Assembly (NCBI RefSeq): GCF_965222475.1
Contig: NZ_CBDCUB010000003.1
Span: 83,073 to 147,072, forward strand
Direction: 5' to 3'
DNA: 64,000 nucleotides
From: Candidatus Palauibacter sp.
Lineage (GTDB): Bacteria; Gemmatimonadota; Gemmatimonadetes; Palauibacterales; Palauibacteraceae
Made by a program: the position numbers and the translations under genes. Of this stretch, positions 38,573 through 47,569 are shown piece after piece (positions within the stretch are counted from its first letter, which is position 1; each line of letters begins with the position of its first letter). The notes under the pieces are model-generated. The model was not told the DNA's origin, made no database searches, and saw only the letters and a list, made by a program, of their open reading frames with translations.

Positions 38573-40509
38573 AGACGCGACCACTCCTCGCGGCGGCGGC
38601 CGTACTGACGGTCGTCACCGCAGTCGCGACAGCGGGATGCTACGGTCCGCTCCGGCTGACGCCCTCGGACCACGCCTCGGTCCTGGCCGATCAAAGGCTG
38701 CAGGCCGAGCACCCGGCGACTCCGGGCCCCTACGAGGTGCGGCGGCTCTACTACGGGAGCGGGACCGACAGGCGCCGGCCCGAGTTCCGGGATTCCGTCT
38801 CCATCGTGACGGAGACCGTGGACGCCTCCAAGCTCGTGTCGCTCGGCGCGACGGCGAAGGAGCGCAACGGCTATTGGGGCTTCACGCCGAAGGAGTTCCC
38901 CATCAACGGCCGCGTCTGGTATCCCGAGGGCGAGGGCCAGGACGATCGTCCCTTCCCCCTCGTCCTCATCGTGCACGGGAACCACAACATGAAGGACTTC
39001 TCCGACCCCGGTTACGGGTACCTCGGAGAGCTGCTGGCGAGCCGCGGCTATGTGTTCGCGTCCGTCGACATGAACTTCATCAACGGAAGCATCCGGAACG
39101 AGAACGACGGGCGCGGCTGGTTTCTCCTCAAGCACATCGATGCGTTCAAGGGGTTCGCGGCGGACGATTCCACCCCCTTCTTCGGCAGGCTCGACTTCGA
39201 CCGCATCGCCCTCATCGGACATTCGCGCGGGGGCGAAGCGGTGGGACACGCGGCGGCCTTCAACCGGCTGTCTCGCTATCCGGACGACGCCTCGCTGGAA
39301 TTCGACTTCAATCACGGGATCCGCGGGATCATCGCGATCGCCCCGGTGGACGGTCAGTACCTGCCCACGGGCCGGCTCGTGCCGGTCGAGAACGTCAACT
39401 ACATGGTGTTCCACGGTTCGCACGACGGGGACGTCACGAGCTTCCACGGACTGCGGCTGTTCAACCGGCTCGAGTTCACCGACGGCGCGGACTACTTCAA
39501 GACCGCGATCTACATGTACCGGGCCAATCACGGCCAATGGAACACGGTGTGGGGGAACAAGGACAACGGGCCCCGAAGCGCGCGGCGGCTCGATCTGCGG
39601 GGACTCATAGACGGCGAAGCGCAGCGGGAGTTCGCGAGGATCCATATCTCGGCCTTCCTCGAGACGACGCTGCGCGACAATCCGGACTACATGCCGATGT
39701 TCCTGGACCACCGCGCGATCGGGGGCTGGCTGCCGGAGACGATGTACATCACGCAGTTCGAATCGAGCAGTTTCCGGCCGCTCGCCACCTTCGAGGAGGA
39801 CATCGACGTCACGACGGGGACCGCGCACGGCGTGAAGCTGCGGGGTGACTCGCTCGGCGTGTGGCGCGAGGATCTGCTGGACCTCCGGTCGCAGAACCGG
39901 CCCACGACGTCGAGTTCGCAGCAGAACAACGCCCTCTGGCTGGGCTGGAACAACCGCGCGGCCGGGGACGGGGACGCGCTCGGGACGCCGGCGAGCTACG
40001 CCATCTCGCTGCCCGACGCCCTCGGGGCGGAGTGGGGACTGAGCGCGACATCCCGCCTGGACCTGCAGCTCGCGGCCGTGGAGGGCCGGCCGGGCCCGCG
40101 AAGACCCGGAGACGAAGACCAGGGGCAGGGCGACGACGCGGCGCGGGCCGGCCGGGAACGGGACGACGGCGCGCGCGAGGAGGGGGAGGAGGACGAGGAG
40201 CCGGTGGATCTTTCGGTCGTGGTCACAGACGCCGACGGCGAGTCCGCGAGCGTGCGGCTGTCGGACTACGGGCCGATCCGGAGGCCCCTCGAGACGGTGG
40301 TGCGGCGCCGCAACGACGCCGAGTCCTTCGACAATCAGTGGGAACTCGTGCTCCAGTCCTTCTCCATCCCGCTCGACGACCTGGTGGAGGCCAATCCCGC
40401 CTTCGATCCGGCCCGCCCCCGCGAGATCCGCCTCCTCTTCGAGCGCACCGCCGCCGGCACCGTCGTCGTGGACGACATCGGATTCTCCGACCGATGGCCC
40501 GGCAGCTGA
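38569..40509 (+). CDS. Alpha/beta-hydrolase lipoprotein
   Basis: GHSRGG nucleophile elbow, HGNH, HGSHDGD, lipobox ATAGC; TTG start overlaps the upstream TGA. Confidence 0.8.
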   Translation: MKTRPLLAAAAVLTVVTAVATAGCYGPLRLTPSDHASVLADQRLQAEHPATPGPYEVRRLYYGSGTDRRRPEFRDSVSIVTETVDASKLVSLGATAKERNGYWGFTPKEFPINGRVWYPEGEGQDDRPFPLVLIVHGNHNMKDFSDPGYGYLGELLASRGYVFASVDMNFINGSIRNENDGRGWFLLKHIDAFKGFAADDSTPFFGRLDFDRIALIGHSRGGEAVGHAAAFNRLSRYPDDASLEFDFNHGIRGIIAIAPVDGQYLPTGRLVPVENVNYMVFHGSHDGDVTSFHGLRLFNRLEFTDGADYFKTAIYMYRANHGQWNTVWGNKDNGPRSARRLDLRGLIDGEAQREFARIHISAFLETTLRDNPDYMPMFLDHRAIGGWLPETMYITQFESSSFRPLATFEEDIDVTTGTAHGVKLRGDSLGVWREDLLDLRSQNRPTTSSSQQNNALWLGWNNRAAGDGDALGTPASYAISLPDALGAEWGLSATSRLDLQLAAVEGRPGPRRPGDEDQGQGDDAARAGRERDDGAREEGEEDEEPVDLSVVVTDADGESASVRLSDYGPIRRPLETVVRRRNDAESFDNQWELVLQSFSIPLDDLVEANPAFDPARPREIRLLFERTAAGTVVVDDIGFSDRWPGS

Positions 40510-40536
40510 CGACACCGCTCTCACCACGGAATCAGC

Positions 40537-41178
40537 ATGAGTCATGACAACGCCGGGAAGGTCGGCTCGGTCAGGCGTGAACTGAGCCAACGCGAGCATG
40601 AGGGCCGACCCGTCCACGCGCTGGTTGCGGCGAGGGTGTACGGCGCGGACCGAGACGATCTCTGGAACGCACTGACGAACGCGGCTCGGATTCCGCAGTG
40701 GTTCCTGCCGATTTCCGGAGAACTGCGCCCGGGCGGGAGGTACCAGTTCGAAGGAAACGCCGGGGGCGAGATCACGGAATGTGAGCCGCCGGAGCACTTC
40801 GTCCTGACGTGGCGCATGCACGGAGACGTCAGTAGGGTGACCGTGACGCTCTCGGAAATGTCGGAAGGCCGCACCGAGGTGCGTCTCGAACATCTCGCAC
40901 AGTTCCCGCCGGAGTTCTGGGAGGAGTTCGGGCCGGGCGCGGTCGGTATCGGCTGGGACCAGGCCATGTACGGCCTCGATCAGCACTTCTCTTCAGACCC
41001 CGCAGTCGTCCCGGATACGGCGGCGGAGTGGCTCGCCTCCGCCGAAGGGGGGGATTTCACTCGCCGAAGCAGCGATGCCTGGTGTGAGGCGTCGATCGCC
41101 CTGGGCGCCGACGAAGAAGCCGCCCGCGCCGCGGCCGATCGGGTGGCCGCCTTCTACATGGGCGAAGACCCAACCTGA
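40537..41178 (+). CDS. SRPBCC/AHSA1-like protein
   Basis: DDLWNALT, RIPQWFLPISGEL, GPGAVGIGWD. Confidence 0.85.
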   Translation: MSHDNAGKVGSVRRELSQREHEGRPVHALVAARVYGADRDDLWNALTNAARIPQWFLPISGELRPGGRYQFEGNAGGEITECEPPEHFVLTWRMHGDVSRVTVTLSEMSEGRTEVRLEHLAQFPPEFWEEFGPGAVGIGWDQAMYGLDQHFSSDPAVVPDTAAEWLASAEGGDFTRRSSDAWCEASIALGADEEAARAAADRVAAFYMGEDPT

Positions 41179-41289
41179 CGCCCCTCACGGAACCGCATCA
41201 TAGCCATGCAAATCCAACATCGAGTGTAAGATTTGTCATGTTATCGGACGGATGGCCGTCGGCTCCGGATCAGTCGCGGGACGGCAAGA

Positions 41290-42261
41290 TCAGCGGAAGC
41301 TGAGGCCGAAGCGGTGGGCGTTTCCGTCCACGTCGAAGGCCTGGAAGGCGTATTCGACCGTGAGGGCGTCTCCGGTGAAGGCGAAACCGAAGGTGAACGG
41401 GCTCCGTTCGTCCTCGACCACGCGCTGGAGCCCGGCGCGGAGGCGGAAGGTGTATCCCTGAACGGGCCAGTATGAGAGTTCGACGCCCCCGGCCGGGATG
41501 ATTTCGCCGTCCCTGCGGCGGAGGAGCTGGCTGGTGAGGAACATGTCCAGCTCGCCGACCTCGAACCGCTCGGTGGAGACGCCGAGCGCCAGCTGGGTCG
41601 GGATCCTGACCCCCCGTCCGTGAAGCTCCAGGTCGGATCCCAGGTTGCGGGCCGCGAGGCTGACCATGGTGGGCCCGAACTCGCGCGCGACGCCCAGATC
41701 CAGCACGACGGCCCGGTCCATCCCGCGCGCGAACTGAAGCTCCAGGTACTTGGCGACGATGCCCGCGCCGAAAACGCCGAACAGCTCGCGCGCGTAGCCG
41801 AGCGAGGCGGCGAATTCGGTCACGGGGGAGCCGTCCGGCGTGACAGCCGCGCCCTGAAGATCCGGGCCCGGAGCGATCCCGCGGCCGCTGTACCGCAGAT
41901 ACCGGAGACCGACCGCGAAGTCGCCAAGCCCGACGGCGCCCTTCCCGGCGATCGTCGCGAGCGTGCCCTCCGAGCCGTAGCGATGCAGACCGGCGGCCAT
42001 GCCGTCCACGCGGGAGATGAGGGCGGGCGCGTAGAAGAGGAGGTCCGCGCCGCCGCCGAGCAGGTAGGGTGAGTTCCCGTAGGCGGCGGCCTCCACGCTG
42101 GCCGGAGCTTCGAGCAGGAGCGCGCCGTGGCCCGCCGGGTGGGACTGTGCCGCGCCCCCTCCCGGGCCCGCTCCGCTTGCCAAGGCCGCGAGCAGCAGGG
42201 GAACCGCGGCCCGTGCGGCGGTGGATCCCGCGGTCCGCTCCCTCTCCGGGTTCAGTCCCAC
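41290..42261 (-). CDS. Outer-membrane beta-barrel, PorV/PorQ-like
   Basis: Signal peptide, alternating beta strands, C-terminal Phe region (HRFGLSFR); start approximate. Confidence 0.55.
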   Translation of the reverse strand: MGLNPERERTAGSTAARAAVPLLLAALASGAGPGGGAAQSHPAGHGALLLEAPASVEAAAYGNSPYLLGGGADLLFYAPALISRVDGMAAGLHRYGSEGTLATIAGKGAVGLGDFAVGLRYLRYSGRGIAPGPDLQGAAVTPDGSPVTEFAASLGYARELFGVFGAGIVAKYLELQFARGMDRAVVLDLGVAREFGPTMVSLAARNLGSDLELHGRGVRIPTQLALGVSTERFEVGELDMFLTSQLLRRRDGEIIPAGGVELSYWPVQGYTFRLRAGLQRVVEDERSPFTFGFAFTGDALTVEYAFQAFDVDGNAHRFGLSFR

Positions 42262-43550
42262 AGACGCTCGGTCTCGACGAAATCCCGGAATCCGTCCGGG
42301 TCGTCGGCGGCCCGCTCGATCCGCGCGACGCCGCGCTCGATGTCCTCCATGCCGTTCGCGATCGAGATGCGCAGGAAGTGCTGGCCCTCGGAGCCGATGC
42401 GGCAGAAGGAGGCCCGGTCCATCGTCGCGACGCCGTACCGGTAGAGGAGGAACATCTGGAGCATGCCCGAGGGAGTCGTCCGCGCCCGCGGTTCCGCGGG
42501 CATCGCCTCGTGCGCCTCGAACACGCCCAGCCGCCGACACATGCCGGATACGTTGGGGAAGACGTAGAAGGCACCCTTGGGCAGTCGGCAGCGCAGGCCG
42601 TCGATCGCGTTGAGCGCGGGCACGATGAAGTCCCGCCTCCGCTCGAACTCTCCCACCATGTGCGCCACGACGCCGGCCGTGGCCGGGTCCTCGTACGCGG
42701 CCCGTCCCCCTTCCTGCAGGAAGGGCGGCACGCACGACATGATGTTGATGTTCAGCTGCTTGAAGACCTCGGCTTCTTCACCCGTCGGCAGGACGGCCCA
42801 TCCGAGCCGCCACCCGGTCATGGCGAACCCCTTCGAGTGGCCGCTCGCGATCACCGTCCGCTCCGCCATCCCCGGCTGCGAGGCGATGCTGTGGTGCTCC
42901 GCTCCGTCGAAGAGGATGTGTTCGTAGATCTCGTCGGAATAGATCCGCACATCCGGGTGGCAGCGTTCGCGGACCACCTCCGCGATTCCCGCAAGATCTT
43001 CGGCCGAAAGCACGCCCCCGGTCGGATTCGATGGTGAGCAGAGGATGATGAGCCGGGTGCGCTCGGTGAGGAGCGCCGCGAGGTCGTCCGCCGTGAACCC
43101 GAACCCCTGTTCCCCGGAGAGATGGAGCGGGACCGGGCGCGCCCCCACGAAAGTCGCCCACGACTCGTAGATCGGGAACCCGGGACTAGGATAGACGACC
43201 TCGTCGCCCCGGTCGACGTACGTCTGGAAGGTGTACCCGATCGGAGGCTTGGCCCCGGGGGTGACCACGACTCGGTCCGGTCCCACTTCGATCCCGCGCG
43301 TCCTCGAGACGTGTCGCGCGATCGCCTCGCGGAAGGACGGGAGCCCGGCCGCGTCGCAGTACCCCGAGTTCCCCGCCTCGAGTTCGGCCACGGCGACCCG
43401 GTTCAGGTGGGGCGCGCTGCGAAAATCCGGGGCGCCGATGTTGAAGCGGATGACATCCATCCCGCGGTCGAGACAGACCCGGATGTCATCGTTGACCTTG
43501 AACGCGTTCTCGGTCCCCAGATCGGCGAGGCGTCGCGCTAGAACAGGCAT
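42252..43550 (-). CDS. Class I/II PLP-dependent aminotransferase (AspC-like)
   Basis: VTPGAK, SPSNPTG, SDEIYE, SGHSKGFAMTGWRLG; start MPVLARR. Confidence 0.92.
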   Translation of the reverse strand: MPVLARRLADLGTENAFKVNDDIRVCLDRGMDVIRFNIGAPDFRSAPHLNRVAVAELEAGNSGYCDAAGLPSFREAIARHVSRTRGIEVGPDRVVVTPGAKPPIGYTFQTYVDRGDEVVYPSPGFPIYESWATFVGARPVPLHLSGEQGFGFTADDLAALLTERTRLIILCSPSNPTGGVLSAEDLAGIAEVVRERCHPDVRIYSDEIYEHILFDGAEHHSIASQPGMAERTVIASGHSKGFAMTGWRLGWAVLPTGEEAEVFKQLNINIMSCVPPFLQEGGRAAYEDPATAGVVAHMVGEFERRRDFIVPALNAIDGLRCRLPKGAFYVFPNVSGMCRRLGVFEAHEAMPAEPRARTTPSGMLQMFLLYRYGVATMDRASFCRIGSEGQHFLRISIANGMEDIERGVARIERAADDPDGFRDFVETERLWD

Positions 43551-43621
43551 GCCCGATAATGTCCCGGCCGCCCCCCCGGTGCCAGTCGATCGGTTGAGCA
43601 GACGCTGGACTTCGTGCCGCT

Positions 43622-43642
43622 TGCAAGCAATGACTGCTAGCA
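43622..43642. promoter_or_regulatory. Candidate FitA/VapB operator TGCAAGCA-N5-TGCTAGCA
   Basis: Imperfect inverted repeat upstream of the antitoxin; half-site resembles the TGCTATCA half-site of the Neisseria FitAB operator. Confidence 0.45.
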
Positions 43643-43686
43643 CTAGTTTTCTCGTGCTGGAACGCTGTCGCGGAGAGTGGAGCATT

Positions 43687-43950
43687 GTGGGAAGCACGAT
43701 TACCGTCCGGGATATCGACCCGGGGGACAAGGCCTGGCTTCGGCGCGAGGCACGCTACACCGGCATTTCGATGGAGGAGTTCGTCCGCCGCCTGATTCGT
43801 GAGAAGCGGGAAAAGACGGAAGGCGGGACGAGGCCCTCGGAGGTGTTCGAGCGGCACTTCGGGCCGGAGTACGGGGTCGAGTTGCCGCCGCTGCCTCGTC
43901 ACGGATACAAGGCGTTCGCGTTCGAGGACGAGCGAACGGGCGAAGCGTGA
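43687..43950 (+). CDS. FitA-like ribbon-helix-helix antitoxin
   Basis: STITVRDID and GISMEEFVRRLI; GTG start with GGAG RBS; overlaps the toxin start. Confidence 0.8.
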   Translation: MGSTITVRDIDPGDKAWLRREARYTGISMEEFVRRLIREKREKTEGGTRPSEVFERHFGPEYGVELPPLPRHGYKAFAFEDERTGEA

Positions 43951-44396
43951 CCCGGCCGCTCGGGTGGCTCATTGATACCAACGTCGTCTCCGATATGATG
44001 CGGCCGGCTCCCGAACCGCGAGTGGCCGGGTTCCTCGACGGAATCTCCCCCCAGGGAATCGGTCTGGCATCCATCACGGTGTGGGAGGTCCTCAACGGAA
44101 TCGGCCGCATGGAGGCTGGCCGCCGACGGGAGGATCTGTCCGAGCGGTTCCAGGGCGTCCTGGACGAACTCTTCCGCGGACGGATCCTCGACTGGACTCT
44201 GGCCGACGCTCGGGCCTGCGCCCGCATCATGGAAGCGAAGCGGCGGCGGGGAGAACCGCTCGACGATCATCTGCCGGACGCCATGCTGGCCGGTACGGCG
44301 GTACGTCACGGCCTCGCCCTGGTCACGCGGAATGAGCGAGACTTTCGCAACACCGGTATCGAAGTCGTCAACCCGTGGGCTGACCGGCAGCGTTGA
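43947..44396 (+). CDS. vapC: PIN-domain toxin (VapC/FitB-like)
   Basis: LIDTNVVSD, ITVWE, DAMLAGTA, LVTRNERDF. Confidence 0.92.
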   Translation: MTRPLGWLIDTNVVSDMMRPAPEPRVAGFLDGISPQGIGLASITVWEVLNGIGRMEAGRRREDLSERFQGVLDELFRGRILDWTLADARACARIMEAKRRRGEPLDDHLPDAMLAGTAVRHGLALVTRNERDFRNTGIEVVNPWADRQR

Positions 44397-44470
44397 GCAG
44401 ATGCAGGGGAAGAGCCGCGAAGCGGAGCTACAAACCCGCCTCGGGCGAGCGGGTTGCCGCATAGCTGTCA

Positions 44471-44484
44471 ACCATATACCATAT
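44471..44484 (+). promoter_or_regulatory. Tandem ACCATAT repeat, candidate autoregulatory operator
   Basis: ACCATATACCATAT ends 5 bp before the antitoxin ATG. Confidence 0.4.
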
Positions 44485-44489
44485 GCTGC

Positions 44490-44786
44490 ATGGACAAGAT
44501 CAAGACGACGGTCTACCTGCGCGCGACCGACTACGGCAAGCTGAAATCGATCGCGGACGCCGAGAACCGCTCCGCGGCCGAACTGATCCGGGAGGCGGTG
44601 GCGGAGTATGCCACCCGCAAGGTACGCGCCCGGTTGCCGCGCAGCATCGGCATGGGCGACAGCGGTATGCCTGATCTGGCCGAGCGGTACGAGGAATACC
44701 TGGACGGGTTCGGGGAGGACGACCCTGCCGGGGACGCCTGTGAAGCGGAGAGGGAACCGCACGAAGGCGACGGCGACGGACCGTGA
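44490..44786 (+). CDS. CopG/RHH antitoxin (VapB-like)
   Basis: KTTVYL, RSAAELIREAV, DLAERYEEYLDGFG; overlaps the toxin start. Confidence 0.82.
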   Translation: MDKIKTTVYLRATDYGKLKSIADAENRSAAELIREAVAEYATRKVRARLPRSIGMGDSGMPDLAERYEEYLDGFGEDDPAGDACEAEREPHEGDGDGP

Positions 44787-45196
44787 TCGTCGCCGACACC
44801 AGCGCGATCGTAGGACTCCTCGACCGCGGGGCCCGGGACCACGAAACAATCCGCAACGCCTACGAAAACCGGCCCGGGGAATGGATTCTGCCTTGGGCCA
44901 TCCTCCCGGAACTGGACTACATCGTAGAAGCCAGACTGGGGGCTGTCGTAGCCGCCGCGCTGCGAGAGGACCTGGCGGAAGGCAGGTTCATGATCGAGTG
45001 GGGGCGACTCGCTGATCTGCGGCGGGCAGCGGACCTGCACGCAACCTACCGCTCCCTGCGCCTGGGGCTGGTGGACGGTGCGGTCATGGCCGTAGCCGAG
45101 CGGCTCCGCGCCCGGGCCATCGTGACCATCGACCTCCGCGATTTTGGAGCGGTATCCCTCGACGGGCAGCCACAGCTCTGGCCGAGGGATCTCTAG
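44783..45196 (+). CDS. vapC: PIN-domain toxin VapC
   Basis: IVADTS, LPELDY, LGLVDGAVMAVAE, TIDLRDF. Confidence 0.92.
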   Translation: MIVADTSAIVGLLDRGARDHETIRNAYENRPGEWILPWAILPELDYIVEARLGAVVAAALREDLAEGRFMIEWGRLADLRRAADLHATYRSLRLGLVDGAVMAVAERLRARAIVTIDLRDFGAVSLDGQPQLWPRDL

Positions 45197-45214
45197 GAAC
45201 AACCGGGAGGGTTC

Positions 45215-46579
45215 ATGTCGCACGTCAGGCTGAAGGGTCGGATCGCGCGCGCCGGGCTCTGGGCGGTACTGCTGCTTCTCCTGCCTCCCGTCCCGTTGGA
45301 GGCACAGGAGGCCCGGCGGCGGTGGGAGCGGATGGGCCAGATGCGGCGCGAGAAGTTCGACGTCGTGCTGCCCGAGGTGATGCGGGAGAACGGGATCGAC
45401 ATGTGGATCACCGTCCGCAAGGAAGGCCTCGACGACCCGCTCACGCCGGACCTCGGCGTCGGCTACGTGAACCCGATCGGCTACTACATCTTCACGGACC
45501 GGGGCGGGGACCGGATCGAGCGCGCCGCGCTCGGGATCAGCGGCTACCTCCTGGCCGGGAACGGGGCCTACGACATCGTCACGGGCAACTTCGACCTGCG
45601 GGCGTTCGTCGCCGAACGCGACCCGGAGCGGATCGGCCTCAACATGGGAGAGAACATCGGGGCGGCGGACGGGCTCTCCTACACGAGCTACCACCATCTG
45701 GCAGAGACGCTGGGCGAACCCTGGGCGTCGCGGTTCGTTTCCGCCGAGAAGCTCGTGTCCGATTTCAGGGCGCGGCGGGTCGCCTCCGAGATCGCGGGCT
45801 TCGCGGAGGCGGGCGAGATCTCCAGGGAACTCGCCGAGCGTGCGCTCTCGAACGAGGTCATCACGCCCGGCGTCACCTCCCTCAAGGACGTCGCCTGGTG
45901 GCTCATGGACCGGCTTCTCGAGCGTGGACTCGGCTCGTCCTTCGGCTTCCCGTCGATCTACATCACGGGACCCGACGGAATCGAGGCGGTGTCGAGCGAC
46001 CGCATCATCCAGGGCGGCGACGTGATGATGATCGACTGGGGCGTCTGTCACCTCAACTTCTGCACGGACATGAAGCGCGTCGCCTACGTTCTGCGGCCGG
46101 GCGAAACCGAAGCCATGCCGGGCGTGCAGAACGCTTTCGACCAGGCGATGGCCGCGCGAGCGGTATCGCGACGCGCGATCCGGCCCGGGATCACGGCCCG
46201 CGAGAACATGGATCGGATCGGGGCCGCGCTGCGGGGGGCCGGGTTCAATCCCATTCCGTTCAACGAGCCGACCGACGGCCCGCTGACGGACGTCACGTGG
46301 GAGGGACATCATTCGGTCGGCAACCTCGGCCACGGAATCGGCCCCTCGATCGCAACCTGGAACCCGCGGCGTCTCACGTTCGAGGTCGTGCCGTCGAACC
46401 TGCTCTCGATCGAACTGTTCGCGTACACGGCGATCCCCGAATGGGGCGGCGCGAAGCTGCGGGTGCCGCTCGAGGATGACGCGGTGGTTACGGAACGGGG
46501 TGCGGAGTGGCTCTATCCCGCGAACAGCCGCCTGCTCCTGATCAAGTCCGATCCTGTCGCGGCCCGGGCCGTGTCCTGA
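45215..46579 (+). CDS. M24-family (Xaa-Pro aminopeptidase-like) metallopeptidase, secreted
   Basis: IDWG...CTD, HSVG...HGIG, SIE, LEDD ligand pattern. Confidence 0.85.
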   Translation: MSHVRLKGRIARAGLWAVLLLLLPPVPLEAQEARRRWERMGQMRREKFDVVLPEVMRENGIDMWITVRKEGLDDPLTPDLGVGYVNPIGYYIFTDRGGDRIERAALGISGYLLAGNGAYDIVTGNFDLRAFVAERDPERIGLNMGENIGAADGLSYTSYHHLAETLGEPWASRFVSAEKLVSDFRARRVASEIAGFAEAGEISRELAERALSNEVITPGVTSLKDVAWWLMDRLLERGLGSSFGFPSIYITGPDGIEAVSSDRIIQGGDVMMIDWGVCHLNFCTDMKRVAYVLRPGETEAMPGVQNAFDQAMAARAVSRRAIRPGITARENMDRIGAALRGAGFNPIPFNEPTDGPLTDVTWEGHHSVGNLGHGIGPSIATWNPRRLTFEVVPSNLLSIELFAYTAIPEWGGAKLRVPLEDDAVVTERGAEWLYPANSRLLLIKSDPVAARAVS

Positions 46580-46590
46580 ACAACCCGGCC

Positions 46591-47565
46591 ATGGCCACTC
46601 TTCGTGAGCTTCTCGTGCGGTCCAGCCGCACCTTCGCGGTGGGGATCGAGCTCCTTCCCGACCCGGTTCGTGGCGAGATCACCGTCGCCTACCTGCTCCT
46701 TCGCGTATCCGACTATCTCGAGGACAACGAGGAACTCGGCGAGGATGAGAAGGTCGCCCTGCTGGAAGAATGGAGGCGCGTCCTCGACGGTGGTGGGGAC
46801 CGCGAAGCCCTGATCCAGCGCCTTGGGGAGGCCGGGGAGGACACACCCGACGCCCTGGTGGCCCGCCACGCCCTGAGCGTGCTCGACGGACTGGACCGGC
46901 TGGCGCCCGCCGCGCGCGAAATCCTGGTGCGCCACGTTCGTAGATCGAGCGCCGGGATGGCCCGCTGGACGCTTCGGGGGCCGGTCTTCCATACAGAGTC
47001 GGATCTGGACGACTACATGCACGAGGTGGCCGGACGCGTGGGGCACCTGCTGACCGAACTGTTCGTGCTCCGGCTCTCCGGGTTGGGTAGCGAGCGGGAG
47101 CGCATGATGGCGCTGGGGCGCGAGTTCGGCCTGGCGCTGCAGACTGTGAACGTGATTCGGGGGCTGCACGAAGACCGCGACCGCGGGTGGGTGTACGTGC
47201 CCGCCTCCTTCCTCCCCGATGCGGGCATGGACGCCGGCGAACTGTTCGAACCCGCCAACCACGACGCGGCGATGAAGGTTCTCGGCCGGCTCGTCAGCAA
47301 GGCCGACGGCCACCTGGCCGCGGCGCGCGCCTACATGCGCATGATCCCGAGGCGGCATCACCGCGTGCGCCTCTTCTGCCTGCTTCCGCTCCTCTTCGCC
47401 GTCCGCACTCTGGCGATCAGCCGGGCCAACCCCGAGGTGCTGGACCGCGAGACGAAGATGACCCGCCGCGAGGTCGTGACCATCACCCGCCGCGCCAGGG
47501 TGTTGGGCTTCTCGAATCGCTGGATCGACCGGTACTGCCGGCGCCTCGCCGAACGAGGCGCGTAG
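46591..47565 (+). CDS. Squalene/phytoene synthase-family prenyltransferase (SQS-like)
   Basis: RSSRTFAVGI, DYLED, DLDDYMHEVAGRVG, GLALQTVNVIR, RLFCLLP. Confidence 0.85.
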   Translation: MATLRELLVRSSRTFAVGIELLPDPVRGEITVAYLLLRVSDYLEDNEELGEDEKVALLEEWRRVLDGGGDREALIQRLGEAGEDTPDALVARHALSVLDGLDRLAPAAREILVRHVRRSSAGMARWTLRGPVFHTESDLDDYMHEVAGRVGHLLTELFVLRLSGLGSERERMMALGREFGLALQTVNVIRGLHEDRDRGWVYVPASFLPDAGMDAGELFEPANHDAAMKVLGRLVSKADGHLAAARAYMRMIPRRHHRVRLFCLLPLLFAVRTLAISRANPEVLDRETKMTRREVVTITRRARVLGFSNRWIDRYCRRLAERGA

Positions 47566-47569
47566 GGGG

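Noticed and set aside
44437-44459. Hairpin AACCCGC...GCGGGTT between the two TA modules as a terminator
   Set aside because: Short stem and no U-tract; insufficient support.
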